DNA from: Octopus bimaculoides
Lineage: Eukaryota
NCBI RefSeq assembly: GCF_001194135.2
Contig: NC_068985.1
Coordinates: 31,551,558 to 31,615,557 of the forward strand
DNA: 64,000 nucleotides
Direction of reading: 5' to 3'
Positions 12,715 through 26,299 of the stretch are shown in pieces; position 1 is the stretch's first letter, and the number at the start of each line of letters is the position of its first letter. The notes below the pieces were generated by a model. That model saw only the letters and a program-made list of their open reading frames with translations. It was not told where the DNA came from and searched no databases. The translations under genes and the position numbers were made by a program.

Positions 12715-13020
12715 GCCTTACTAGCATCTTGTAATTAACAGTTGCCTAGCTGATACTAGCATTTGAGAATTAAAGGTTGACTATCTGTCACAAACATTCT
12801 GTTATTAATAATTGACTAATTGTTTGTAATTAATGGTTGATTAGCTGACAGTAGTAATTTGTAATTAATGGTAGATTAGTTGACAATAGTATTTTGTTAT
12901 TAATATTTGACTAGCAACCACTAGTGTTTTGTAATTAATAGTTAACTAGCTGATGTATTTTGTATTTGAAGGTAGAGTAGTTGACATTAGTGTCTTGTAA
13001 TTAGTGTGTTGCAATTAATT
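12715..13020. repeat. Degenerate minisatellite, unit about 33 bp (TTGTAATTAATGGTTGACTAGCTGACA-like), roughly 8-9 copies
   Basis: TTGTAATTAA and CTAGCTGA/TTAGCTGA motifs recur at about 33-bp spacing. Confidence 0.7.
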
Positions 13021-13202
13021 TCATCAATTGAAAGAAAAGTGGTATTTTGCATTTCAAACATTAATGTTTATGAAACACATGTGATATTTTCAACACTACA
13101 ATGCAAGAGGGGAAATTCAGAAGTAAGGACTGAGTCTGTGAAGAGGTTTAAATTTTTGGTGGAAAGCAATTCCCTTTGTTTAGGTTTATGCAACTAAATA
13201 TC

Positions 13203-13429
13203 TTAACCTTTTAGTATTCAGATTACTCTGACAAATATATTGCTTATCTATTTACATTGTTTTGAATTAATTGTGTGTTGTTTCATAGCTGTGAGATTTC
13301 AATGATGTGATTGTGTATTTTTAGAATGACATTGTAAGGTAGGTATGAGTGGCCAGATCTGGCCACTTTGAACATAAAAACAGGTAGAATATTTGGCCAC
13401 ATAGACTGGTTTAAATGCTAAAAGGCTAA
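13203..13429. mobile_element. piggyBac-like MITE
   Basis: TTAA-CCTTTTAGTATT...AAATGCTAAAAGG-CTAA ends. A homologous copy in the opposite orientation lies at 22083-22295. Confidence 0.65.
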
Positions 13430-14219
13430 AACAATCATGTATATAGCATGAACTAATTCCTGCACTCTACAAATTTTGCTCCTAAGTAAGAACTCAATTT
13501 CTCATTTGATAGTGACTTCCTGCAGTTTACTAAGTGATATTTTTCTTCCTTTTTTTTTATGAAGAATACTATACACAAAATAATAGCCTATTCATACTTG
13601 AATAAACAATTACTAAATTTTTTTTAAAGATCCCTCAATTCTTTCACCATCATTTAACCTAGAAGCATTGAAAGTTAGCATGTTGGGCAGCAGTTTTTCT
13701 GAAATTTGCACACTACTTAGAAAGACCAAAAGAGATACTAAAAATAACTGGTGTTTCTAGTGTTAACACATTTAGTAACTAAAAGTAAATTGCATTAACT
13801 AAAAAAGACATCTGTGCAATAGATTTTCATTGTAGCTAATCTCAGATCTACATATTAATTCGGAAACAAATCCTCAATTGTTTTAGATGATTAACTTTTA
13901 TTTTCTCTTAATAAGGATATTGTGCATATACTTCATTATCAATAATAGATCATGATAATTTGTAAAGATATGCTTCAGGTTGCAATCCTTCCATTCATGA
14001 AATTGAATTCTCCAGCATGTTGGGATATTTTCATATCAATATCACGTACAGTGTTACATTATTAATACTGTAAAAACCAAACACTCACAAGAAATAATGC
14101 AAGCTGCAGTTGTAGCTGTTAAAACAGAATCATTTTATAAAAAGACATTCTTAAAATTACCAAATATATATATATGCACACTCATATATTATTATTACTA
14201 TTATTGTTGTTGTGAAGAA

Positions 14220-14420
14220 GGGGAGCTGGCAGAATCAGTAGCACACTGGGTGAAACGCTTAGCAGCATTTTGTCTGTCTTTACATTCTGAGTTCAAATTC
14301 TGCTGAGGTCAACTTTGCCTTTCATCCTATTGGGGTCAATAAAATAAGTATCAGTTGAACACTGATGTGATTGACTTACCCTCCCCTGCAATTGCTGGCT
14401 TTGTGCCAAAATTTGAAATC
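14220..14420 (+). mobile_element. SINE, third family (CTTTGCCTTTCATCC...GTGCCAAAATTTGAAA)
   Basis: Same body at 16175-16385 (+) and inverted at about 12540-12720, 32100-32300 and 53810-53990. Confidence 0.7.
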
Positions 14421-14450
14421 ATTATTATTGTTGTTGTTGTTGTTAAGTAC

Positions 14451-14880
14451 AAGCATGGCTGTAGGCATGGCTGTGTGGTTAAGAAGTTTGTTTCACAAAA
14501 TGATGTGGTTTCAGGTTCAGTCTCATTACATGGCACCTTGGACAATGTCTTCTGCTACAGACCTGGACCAACCAAAGTCTTGTGAGTAGATTTGGTAGAC
14601 AGAAACTGAAAGAAATCCACCGTGTGCATGTGTGTGTGTGTGTGTGTGTGTGTGCACGTACTCTCATCTTGATAGTGTGTAAGAGTTGAAAATGATTGTC
14701 ACTGTCATATAAGTGGTGTCTTTCATTTCCAGCCTTCCATGAAAACATGTCTGGCCACAGGGAAATATTACCGTGCTTGGAAACAGGATGGGTATCTGGC
14801 TGTAGAAAATTTGCCTCAACAAATTCTGTCTCACCCATGGAAGAAAAGTGGATGTTATGATGATGATGATGATGATGATT
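14451..14880 (+). mobile_element. tRNA-derived SINE with TG microsatellite and (GAT)n tail
   Basis: GGCATGGCTGTGTGGTTAAGAAG head, GGTTCAGTC B-box-like motif, GTAGACAGAAACTGAAAGAA core and a (GAT)n tail. Confidence 0.75.
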
Positions 14881-16174
14881 AACACTTTTATATCACTGAA
14901 GACTGGAATTTTGGAATTAGTTGTGCTAGCATTTAATAACTTAAATAATAATAAAAAAATAAATTTCTATATTTGGAAATGTTATCAATTTTGCTAATCT
15001 GACATTTCAAAACTAATTTTAAAGGAACATTCCCCTGCCCCGAAAGTAGTTTCTTAAACATCTGCAGCAATTTATGATATAAATCCCTTCATAATGTTTT
15101 ACAAGTATTTATTTCCAAACAAACAGAACATACTAAATAATTAAAAAAGGTGATACCCAATACATTCTGATTATTTAATCGCAAATATTTTAATGCATAT
15201 TAAATTTTTTAATGCATAAAATATTTTAATGCATATTAAAAAAGGAGATCGAAGGGGTAAAAATGATTGTAATACTTGTTGGAACAAATGTTGAGCAAGT
15301 AGGAAAGCAAAGAAATAAAATGCTGATATATTGTTATCATCATTATTATCTCTCATTATTTACAAAATGACATGTTTTGCACAGAAATATGTATTTTGAC
15401 TAAACTGAGATGGATTAAGAAAGAATTATAATAACACAACTGGAGTATGCATTAGAAGATGGAAATAAGAAAACATGAATAATACTGCCTTCTTTGCTTC
15501 TCTGCCTATGTTTCTCTCTCTCTCTCTCTGATAACAAAGAGCAGGTAAGTACTGTTACACAACTTAGCATTCAATAAAAATAATTTTTTGCTTTGTTTCT
15601 TTCTCTTCAAGTATAACTGATTGAATTAGGATTTATATACTTGTGTTAGATGTAATATACCAGATAAAATTTCCACATATTGAGCCAAAGAAATGCAAGA
15701 TTTTATGGGATTTTCCTAGTCAAATGGATAAGAAACTAGAAAATAATAGACCAGATATAACAATAATAGAGAAGGAAAAGCAAAGTTGCTTACTAATTTA
15801 TCTATCATGTCCATAATCTTATTTCAAGTCTCCTTTAGTCCACTGTTATGTACTGAGTACTTTCTCAAACCAATTCATGATGTCAACAAAGAAACATATA
15901 CACTTCAAACTGCAAGAAATCACCCCCAAATCATGCCCTATTACTACAAAAAAAAAAACAAAAAAAAAATAGTAAAGCCACATTAGATAATATGGTCCCT
16001 CTGTATATCCCTAAAAAGATTGATTGATTATGGCTGAAATGCTTTTGATTATAGGTACCTTGATCAGAGTTAATCTGGGGCTAAACAATAACATTTCATT
16101 CACTAAGTATTAACAAATTTGACAGGGACACTTATCTTGTCACCTGCTTTTTCAAGTTAATATTATACATCCAG

Positions 16175-16385
16175 TTAAGGGGTGAGATGGCAGAATTTTT
16201 AGCATGCTGGGCAAAATGATTAGTGGTATTTTGTCTGTCTTTATGCTCTGAGCTCAAACTCTGCCAAGGTTGACTTTGCCTTTCATCCATTTGAAGTTGA
16301 TAAAATGAGTACCAGTTGAGTACTGGAGTCGATGCAATTGACTTACCTCTCCCCCGAAATTGGCTTTGTGCCAAAATATGAAACC
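16175..16385 (+). mobile_element. SINE, third family
   Basis: Homologous to 14220-14420. Confidence 0.7.
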
Positions 16386-18934
16386 AATATTACATATCTA
16401 ATGGACCATAATCATCTCATTCTTCTCCATTCACTACAGGTATTCTGCATTTAAAAGTCATAGGCATTGAATTTCTTATACATATTTCACAGTCTTGTCC
16501 TTGTAAACCAGAGAAATCCAGTGTTTTTAGGAGATAGTATTTCTAAAAGCCGAGGCTTCTCAAAACACAATAAATATAATAGCAATTTTTTAATATTATA
16601 TGATAAGAGAGATTCATATATGTCATTATAATTCTTTTAAACTTAATCTACTATTTAATTTAACTCCATCTCATGGCCTTGAGTGCTTTTAGTGGAGTCC
16701 AGTTAGCTGCTCTACTATCTAAGGATGAATAACTTCCTCCCTGCTGCCATTCTTGACGAGCATAAAAAATATTATGGGGGACTACACTTCCTTCTTGAAC
16801 GAAACTATTAGAAGTGATATAAACTGAATGTCTGAATTTGTTTTACTCTGCACGAGGCAAATTATTTAGGAGTTTAAAAGTTTTTACATAATCATTTTTT
16901 AGTTTGATATTATTCAACTTCTGGTGGAGAAAGGACTTCTCAACCTGTCTTTTCTCTTTTCACTTCATTCAAGCAAGAGTAGTCCATTTTTATCTTATTA
17001 TCTATTAGTGTTTTCTAGAACATTCTATCTGCAAATTGATTAACTCAATTTTAATTGGTCAATTTTCTGTTGCAGGCAGACTATTTTGTGCCCATTTGAA
17101 ATATCCTGGTGTTTCTCAAAATTATATTATATTTAGGTAATTAAATTATTGTTAGACAAATAATTTTATAGTTTCTTTTGTTACTGTTATTACATTTGCA
17201 TGCTGAGGTCAAAAATTCTTTTAAGAAAATCCCATTGATAAAGAAAAATTCTCCTCTCAATGTTTCAACTTATCTTTTGGAGTTTTACAAACTATATCTC
17301 CTTACTCTATAGAGTTCAAAATAGCAAATATGGTTGAATCAATTTAATAAAAAAAATCTATCATGTAGACTTTTGCATGATACCATATTTCTAATGCTGG
17401 AATGCTTAATCAGAATCTATTTTCTTAAGATTGCATCTCATAACATCTATTATTATTTTTTTCCTTATTTGATTAAGCCATCTGTAAAATTAATTAAATA
17501 TAAATCTGTTTTTGTTATTCCATTTTTATTTCCTTCACTAACTGCTTGATTGGGTTTATTGAATATGCTTGGTTAATGTCTGCTATTTTTATTTGCTTCC
17601 CTTTTGCAGATTTTGGGCTTAATACTCATTTCAACATTAGTTTCTTGATTACAATATCAGACCAAGTGCAAATTGTTTCTCTGACATACAATATTAAGGC
17701 AATTGAAGGTATTGGTTGCCTTAATACAAAATACACAAATACCTTTAGTTTTTGTGTGTGTGTGTGTGTGAGTGTATTTGTGGTGGAGGAGAAAGAAATA
17801 TTATTTTTAGGTCTAGTTTACTCTAAACTGATTGTCTTTTCTGCTTTGGGCAAGATCTGTATAAAGGTGTGAGTACTGGAATTCTTAAGATGAGGAATGC
17901 TTTGTAAGGATCAATATTTTGTTATCCATTTCTTTTTGAATTATTTTCAGAGCTCCTTTGGCTATAGGTACCACTGTTGTGTCTGTATCCTAATTACTGC
18001 TATGTAAAATCCTTGACATATGAATATCATTTATCCCATTAATATTTTTCTGTCCATTCAACATGACATATCAAATGTAATGCATGTTTTTGCCTTTCTA
18101 ATCTCTTATGAATAGATCAAAAATGTCTTTATCAGTACATTACATCATATTTTACAATACTGTTATATTTTTCTCTACAACTTTCTTGAAGTTCTGCCAA
18201 CATTGTGTCCTGTGGTGTCCCTATAACATAAGTAGATGGTGGCTGTATTGGTAGTTAAAATGACAACTTACTGTCCTACATTGTGTGGCTAAATACCAAA
18301 AAAACTTATTTTCCCAGAATAAGGTTAGCTGGGTGAGTATACCCCTAGGGGTTAAAAAAGAACCTTCTTACTTAAGGGTTCAGTTAAGAGAAAAGGATGG
18401 TCATCATCAGCAGCTAGATGAAATGTTAAATATAGCTAAGCACATATAAGAAGGCAAATATGCATTAGCAGTACTCCAGTATGTGACAAACATTGCCTTG
18501 TATAAGATCAATAGCTGAATGGAATTGAATATTTTCTGGCTCTGAAAAAGAAGCTTGTTGTTATGATGCAACCTTAGCTATGTGACCACTAAAAAATATC
18601 ATTAGAAACAGTGAAACCAAGTATTTACAGAGAAAAGGATGATTTCATTTGTATGTAATTTATGAACAGTAGTGTTGTCATGTGTATGTGTATATGAATA
18701 TAGTAACTGTTGATTATCATACCATATTGCATGTCTGAGATATACAGGTAGAGTAACCATTAGTTTATCATACTGTTTACTTTGAAATGCGTGAAAAGCT
18801 CCCTAACAACTTCTGTTATCTAGTTGATCTAATTAGCAATGAAGGTTAGTGCTCTGAAAGCATAGTAACTAGAGTAACAAGAGGTTGGAAAAGCTCAAGG
18901 AGTTATTAGCTCTGTCGCAACACAGAGAGTCTCT

Positions 18935-19410
18935 CTCAAAATGAAACTGTTTTACTACCATTCAACATTGTACAAAGTGCAATGTTGAATGGTAGTAAAA
19001 CATGGACACAAAATGCAGAGGATATGTCAGGGCTGGAAAGAAATGAGGTGAGCTTGATCTGATGAGTGTGTAATGTTAGTGTGTATGACCAACAGAGTAC
19101 AAATGAGCAGATAAAAAACCTGGATATAAGAAGAATCTGTTGTAGTATCCAAAATGGAAGACAGAGCTGGTGTAGCCATGTAATCATATGAAGAATGACA
19201 CTGGGGTAAAGATGTTCCAAGTGATTTAAGTGGGAGAAGCCTATGGAAAGGGAAGAGTGAGAAAAGCATGGTGAGAAGTGGTGAAGGTTAATCTTAAAAT
19301 GATGAACCCCATGAAGAAGATGACAAGTGACTGGAACAAGTAGCAAGATGATGTGCTGAGAAATATTCATTTAACCCATGTAAGTATGGAAAAAACATGT
19401 GAAATGATGA
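18935..19410 (+). mobile_element. Old RTE LINE 3' fragment
   Basis: Degenerate version of the 12130-12530 segment (TTGTACAAAGTGCAATGTTGAATGGTAGTAAAACATGG...), ending in (GAT)n. Confidence 0.6.
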
Positions 19411-20417
19411 TGATGGTGATGACAGCTATTCATTCTTATAGTTGTCTTCTTTATGCCTACATATTTTTCTTTTTATAATCTGGAACTAAAAATCTTCAAA
19501 AACTCACATACTTCTTAACTCTACTCCTTCCTCCTTTATATTATTTTACTGCTAGTGGCATGTACGTACAGCACATCTCACGAATATAGTTTGGTGTTAT
19601 GTTGCATTGATTAGAATTTTAGTTTTAAGTATTGACTGGTTAGCTACACATAGTTACTTTGCTTATCACAGACTTATCCATTCTCAATGGCTACTTCCCA
19701 AGTAAGGATTTATTTTCTCATTGAGTTTTATAGTTTACTGCTATTTCTCTTATTGATTATAATTATTATTTTATTTGTTATTGTTTGTGGAGTCTCTTTG
19801 TTGTTCTGTGAGATCCTCCTCCTCAATCAAGTCATAACTGCCACTTTATATGGAATTAAAGATATTATAATTGATATGATCACTATTAAGGACAGTGGGG
19901 TGCCAAGAATTGGTAGAGCAGCAGACAAAATGCTTTGCAGTATTTATTATAGTTCTTCATGTTCATAATTCAAATCCTGCTGAAGATGACTTTATGGATC
20001 AATTAAAGTAAGAACCTATCAAGTACTGTAGATGATTTAATTGACACTACCCACTTGTTTGTGGTTTCATACTCAGAAATCTTTATTACGACTGATTTAA
20101 TGACAAACGAATAATAATACAAAAGTGATGAATCTATGTGAATCCTTAAAATTCATTACTAATATATAAAAATTATTTTCTAGGCAAGATGTAAATTTAA
20201 TGTGAACTTCATTCTCATTTTCAGAAAAATCTTATAAATCATATAATACATCGTAGCTGGGTTGCAATAAAAGGTTAGAGAGGATATTGGTTGTAAATTA
20301 AAGATCATTCATTAATAGCATATAAAAAGTATTCAGCAAATAAAGAGAAATAAATGAGAGGAAATAAACAGTAAATGCTCCCAAGTGCAGCTGTATTTGA
20401 AGACTAGTAGGACTAGT

Positions 20418-20489
<72 letters not shown>

Positions 20490-21424
20490 GAGAGAGAGAA
20501 AGAGATACATGCATACACATACATAGTATTGTGTGTGTCACAAAATCAAAATCCAAGTAAATAAAAAAAAAAATGATCCAGCATGACCATAGCTGCATGG
20601 CTGAAATAAGTAAAAGAGTAAAAGAATATATATTTGTAAGAGAAAAGTTAGCAAGAGAATTAACTTTACTATTGCAGTGAGTGAATTCTCATTAAAGATG
20701 AAGGAAACAAAATATCACAACGCTCGACGAAGATTTTATGTTGACATTTGTAGAACTTTGGTAGTCAACAATAATTCCACATCAACAGATTTTATCTCAT
20801 TAAAGTTCACATAGCATTTTTCTTACATAATTTCAGTTCTGCCTATGAACTAACAAACCTATACTCACATAGGTGGGTAGGTAGATCTTCTTAAGCACTG
20901 TAAATTACCAATCATCTCAGTCCTTTGTCATCTCCTCTGTGAGGCTCACCATCCCAAGATCCATCCCCACCATTTCATTCCACAAATTTCTGGCAGCCCC
21001 AAAATAAACAAATTGTAAAAGATCATACTAATGGATATCTCACATATTTTACATATGTTCCTCAGTTTTATCATGAATTTTATAAAAGGGAATTCTTTTT
21101 AAATACTCAAACAGAAATTTTTCCAACATGACACCTCACAAGTTTAAATCTTTAGATGCAAAAACTTGTCCCTTGATGTCTTTGGTTGCACCTTGTACAA
21201 ATTAAAGGAAAGGCAAAATAAAATGATAATAATAAATAAATAAATAAATAAATTGAAACACCTCAATCCTTGAGAGGAAATATTTGGATATTCTTAAAAA
21301 TCTCAATAATCCAAACTAGAAATAAATCCTATTAAACTAGAAATTATTGAAGGTGTAAATTGGTACACTCATATGAAGAAAAACAACGAATGAAAGAATT
21401 CTCTTTGGCTATGTGGTTAAAGTA

Positions 21425-21675
21425 AAGCCTAAAGGCTTTCTTCAACTAGGCATGAGTCTCTCATCTTGAAATCGGTTCTTTTTGGTGTTAAGATGGCTTA
21501 CATGTGAACTATGTGCTACAGATTTGCCATCTGCTCAAAAAGCAATACAAATAGGTTTAGATAGTGTCTACTAGACAATGGACTTAACTGATATGGGTAA
21601 ATTAGCTTTTAATACATAGTAAAATCTGAAGAAAATAATTTTTGTACAAAATTATATCAGAAACAGTTTAATCGA
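21425..21675. repeat. Locally duplicated segment; empty-site paralog of the MITE insertion at 24502
   Basis: Closely similar to 24474-24501 joined to 24953-25250. Contains a single GGCATGAG. Confidence 0.85.
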
Positions 21676-22082
21676 TGTGAGCACAACCAAAACCTTTAGC
21701 CAAACTGCTAATTTACATTTCATTTACACTTTTTGAAATTTCATTGAATTTTTCACATATATGAACATAGACACACATATATACACAATTACAGCCATTA
21801 CAATAATTATCATCATTATCAAATTATATCTGCTTTCCATGCTGGCATGGGCTAGATGGGTTATCTCAGTCGAAGTCAGTCCATATGTGGAGTTACTGTC
21901 TTTGTAAATGAGCTACAAGAACACATCATGTTCATACATACTATTTTTGGCACAGTTTCTATGGCTAGGTGCATTTTCTCATCCAGACGAATACAAAGCA
22001 ATGTTACTCTCACTCTTGCAAGACAAACACAATTGAGGGGTGCAATAGGAGAGAATGGCATATCATCAGCTGAAGCACCATT

Positions 22083-22295
22083 TTGACCCTTTAGGATTTA
22101 AACAGGCCATATCAGGCTCAAATATTCTACCTATTTAATACTCAAATTGGCCAGATTCAGCCTCTCAAACTTAAAATGTCATTTTAAAAATAAATAATCA
22201 CATCATCAAAATCTCAAAGCTACAGGATTAGTTCAAAACAATGTGAATAAATAAGCTTTACATTTGACAAAGTAATCTGAATTCTAAAGGATTAA
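22083..22295. mobile_element. piggyBac-like MITE
   Basis: TTGA-CCCTTTAGGATTT...ATTCTAAAGGA-TTAA ends. Inverse homolog of 13203-13429. Confidence 0.65.
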
Positions 22296-22569
22296 GGTTC
22301 ACTTTTCTATGTTTCTACAAATCAGATGGAATTCATTGAGACAGACATTTTTATAGCTGGATGCTCTTCCTGTTGCTGACCCTGACCTGTTTCCAAGAAA
22401 TATTTCCTCATGGCCAATCATGATTTCATGGAAGATTGGAAATGAAGGACACTATTTGATAACTATCATGCAATGGCAAGACAAAGACACACACACACAC
22501 ACATTTGGTTGAAAGTAACTATGGAAGCCTGTCGTGTGCATGTGTGTGTGAATCTATCTACCTATCTAG

Positions 22570-22958
22570 AAGTGGCTGTGTCGTAAGAAGCTTGCTTCTC
22601 AACCACATGGTTCTGGGTTCAGTCCCACTGTATGACACCTTAGGCAAGTGTCTACTATAGCCTTGGGCCAACCAAAGCCTTGTGAGTGGATTTGGTAGAA
22701 GGAAACTGAAAGAAGCCTGTCATATCTGTGTGTGTGTGTGAATGAGTATCTGTCTTTGTGTCTGTCCCCCACCACTGCTTGACAACTGGTGTTGGTGTGT
22801 TTATGTTCCTGTAACTTAGTGGCTTGGCAAAAGAGACTGATAGAATAAGAACTAGGCTTTAAAAAAAGTGCTGGGGTTAATTCATCCAATTAAAAATTCT
22901 TCAAAGTGGTGCACCAGCATGGCTGCAGTCTAATGACTGAAACAAGTAGAAGATAAAA

Positions 22959-22960
<2 letters not shown>
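22570..22960 (+). mobile_element. tRNA-derived SINE, near full length
   Basis: AAGAAGCTTGCTTCTCAACCACATGGTTCTGGGTTCAGTCCCACTG...GACTGAAACAAGTAGAAGATAAAAG. Confidence 0.85.
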
Positions 22961-23007
<47 letters not shown>

Positions 23008-23180
23008 GGTAGCTTTTAGATAGTTTCTCTAAACCAGATTCTACTCACAAGGTATTGGTAAATGTGAGGCTGTAATAGAAAACACTACAGGTACTGTTCA
23101 GTGGTATTGAACTCAGAATCATGTGGTTTCGATGTGAACTTCATAACCATACAGCCACGTTCACATCCAGATGTAACAGA

Positions 23181-23405
23181 TATTTTTTCAAGGTAAACAA
23201 AGATAATATTTAGTCATTAAAAGAGCTCTTTGGTAAACATTACCACTCTCATTGCCGCTTATCTTTTTTTTATTGTAGTGTAAACTAGTTGGATCATACA
23301 AATTATCTGCTAAATGAAAGTTTTTGTAGCAATATTTATATCCAATTAAACAAGTCATACAAGTGGCTAATGAGGAAGATACTATGACAAATGATACTCT
23401 CAAAG
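23181..23405. repeat. Diverged paralogous block (matches 62415-62635)
   Basis: Shared TTTTTTCAAGGTAAA, AATTATCTGCTAAATGAAAG, TCCAATTAAACAAGTCATA and ATGACAAAT. Further colinear anchors lie downstream in both regions. Confidence 0.8.
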
Positions 23406-23415
23406 TAACCTTAAC

Positions 23416-23458
<43 letters not shown>

Positions 23459-24501
23459 ACGCACACACACACACACACACACACACTACAATCACTCACA
23501 GAAACAAATGTTATTTCCATCTTAATGAAGTTAACATATATAGTTAATAAACAATGGTTAATTGAAATAATTATCATCTTCTCCATAAAACACACATGCA
23601 CATAAGACACAGAGTATCTCAGGAAAAATTCTTAAATCATACAATTTAAACAGCTAATGCTGTTGATAGTATTATAGTGAGAGTGAATATTTAGCATTCN
23701 NNNNNNNNNNNNNNNNNNNNNNNNNNNNNNNNNNNNNNNNNNNNNNNNNNNNNNNNNNNNNNNNNNNNNNNNNNNNNNNNNNNNNNNNNNNNNNNNNNNN
23801 NNNNNNNNNNNNNNNNNNNNNNNNNNNNNNNNNNNNNNNNNNNNNNNNNNNNNNNNNNNNNNNNNNNNNNNNNNNNNNNNNNNNNNNNNNNNNNNNNGGA
23901 GGGAGGGAGAGAGATTTGATTTTCTGATGTCTAGTCCCAGTTCATTGAAGAACTTAACCTCAACTTTGAAAAGTAGTAAAATTAAGGTAATTCTAGTTAA
24001 ATATACAATGCTCCCACTGCTTACAGCAATATACTGTACCTGTGGATAGAATTATATAAAACTAGGCTAAGAAAGGTATTATTTTAATATAAAGGTTTTC
24101 TAAGTTATGAACAGTGTGAAATGATTGGATGTAAAACATTGACCACAGCCTACATTCTATCAACTCAGCTTGCTGTGACTCTCTTCATGTATCATTGTTG
24201 TCATCATCATTTAACATTCTCATTCCACGCTGGCACAGGAAGAACAGATTGACTGGTCAACAGATCACATCTTTCTCCAATGTTTCATTTTTGGCATGAT
24301 TTCTACTGCTGGATGCTCTTCCCAATACCAACCAGTTATAAAGTGTATTTTGGTGCATTTCTCATGGCACCAGCACTATAGAAGCTGCCTTGTCATCAGA
24401 AATCTCTCTCAAGCCCTGCATTGTCAGTGTTTAAATTGATTACCAAATATAAAGTGTACTTTTTTTGAAACCAGAAAAGGCTTTCTTCAATTAGGCATGA
24501 G

Positions 24502-24952
24502 GGCGATCTTTTGATACTAGTCCACCACAACTTCCGGTCGTTGCGCGCACGCATACTGATTACATGATTGTATAGTGTGTTTATGTGTTTAAATGACTTG
24601 AAAATATGAAAAGACAACATTAAATAGAAACTCAAACCTTCTCCCCCTCAGATGCATACAGTTCTCAAACTTTAAACACATAAACACACTATACAATCAT
24701 GTAATCAGTATAGGGAGGAGATACGCCACTGTAGAGGTGCGCTTCACAACGGAAGAGGAAGCAATAAAGCACTCCACAGAGGAATGGGTGCTCTTGTATT
24801 CGTACTGCGGCAAATGTGTGGCCAAGGTGCGAGTGAGTAAGGTGCCATCCGAAGTGAAACTTTAAACACATAAACACACTATACGATCAAGTAATCAGTA
24901 TGCGTGCGCGCAACGACCGGAAGTTGTGGTGGACTAGTATCGAAAGATCGCC
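24502..24952. mobile_element. 451-bp non-autonomous DNA transposon (MITE), 92-bp TIRs, 8-bp TSD; Merlin-like
   Basis: TIRs at 24502-24593 and 24861-24952 begin GGCGATC. TSD GGCATGAG at 24494-24501 and 24953-24960. A third copy of the subterminal motif lies at 24671-24711. Confidence 0.85.
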
Positions 24953-25613
24953 GGCATGAGTCTCTAGTCTTGAAATCAGTTCTCTTCAGTGTTAAGATGG
25001 CTTGCATGTGAACTGTGCTACAGATTTACCATCTGCTCAAAAAGCAATACAAATAAGTTTAGATAGTGTCCACTGGACAATGGACTTAACCGATATGGGT
25101 AAATTAGCTATAAAATTGTAAAAAGATTTCGTAGATGAATATGAATGAAAGTTATTTCAGTATCTTGTATTTTTACAAATAATTTTAATACATAGTAAAA
25201 TCTGCAGAAAATAATTTTTGTACAAAATTATATCAGAAACAGTTTAATCGATTAAATACCATTGGGGGACAACTTGTAGCTTGCAAAGTGAAAGAGAGCA
25301 CCTCCAATATACTGAATACTCTCTCATTAATAATCTCTGACATCATGGTAAACTATGTCAAATTCTTCATTTCCTAAGTAATAAAACTTAATATAATATG
25401 TAAAGTAAATTGTTGCAGATGATAATTTTTGGAAATACAATAGTGTTTGGTTAGTTTGAGATATCACAGATATCAACGGATTTAAACAACATAATCAGAG
25501 GTGTAGCAGTGGATAGAAAGTTACTAATTATTTGAAACCTGCATGGTCTGAAGTTTCTTTAATTGTTTGGGGTAATTATGCATGTTTGTGTTACAATATT
25601 TTTAGTTATAATA

Positions 25614-25686
<73 letters not shown>

Positions 25687-25697
25687 NNNNNNNNNNT

Positions 25698-25757
<60 letters not shown>

Positions 25758-26299
25758 GTGAGTGAGTGGAGAGTGAACAAGAGAGTAAGAATGAATTTTA
25801 GATATACAGTAAACTTTTTAAATAACAACAACCAGAATAATAGAAAAGCCAAGCAAACAGCACTTTTGGAAATTATTGAACTACAAAGAAAACTTCTAAC
25901 ATCATGCTAATTTGTTTATGTCTGCTTCTGCATTTAACAGCTAATGAAGCGATATCTATTATACTTTTTTAAAATTCTTTATTTACTGTGTCCATTTTAA
26001 ATAAATGCATCTAAAACGAAATTCTTACACAATGGAAAATTCAAATCACTAAGGTTACTGCTGTTTAGGAAGTTTACTGTACATATGTCACTATTACTGT
26101 ATGTATAGTTTTGTTTATCTCACTAATGTTCCATAGTTAATTTGGTCAAAAAGTACTTTATTTTATAAGAGTGGAAAATGATGAGAGAGTATGAACCTTA
26201 AAATGATTAATCACTTTGTACTGATCCTTCTATCTCTCAAATTTTTATACACAAGCAGCATACAATTTGCTCTTCACTCAAAGAGAAAGATCCCCCTTG

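Noticed and set aside
25905-25975. Short ATG ORF resembling a signal peptide (MLICLCLLLHLTANEAISIILF*) near the projected unit-1 gene position
   Set aside because: Only 22 codons with no NKY motifs. Hydrophobic ORFs are expected in T-rich DNA.
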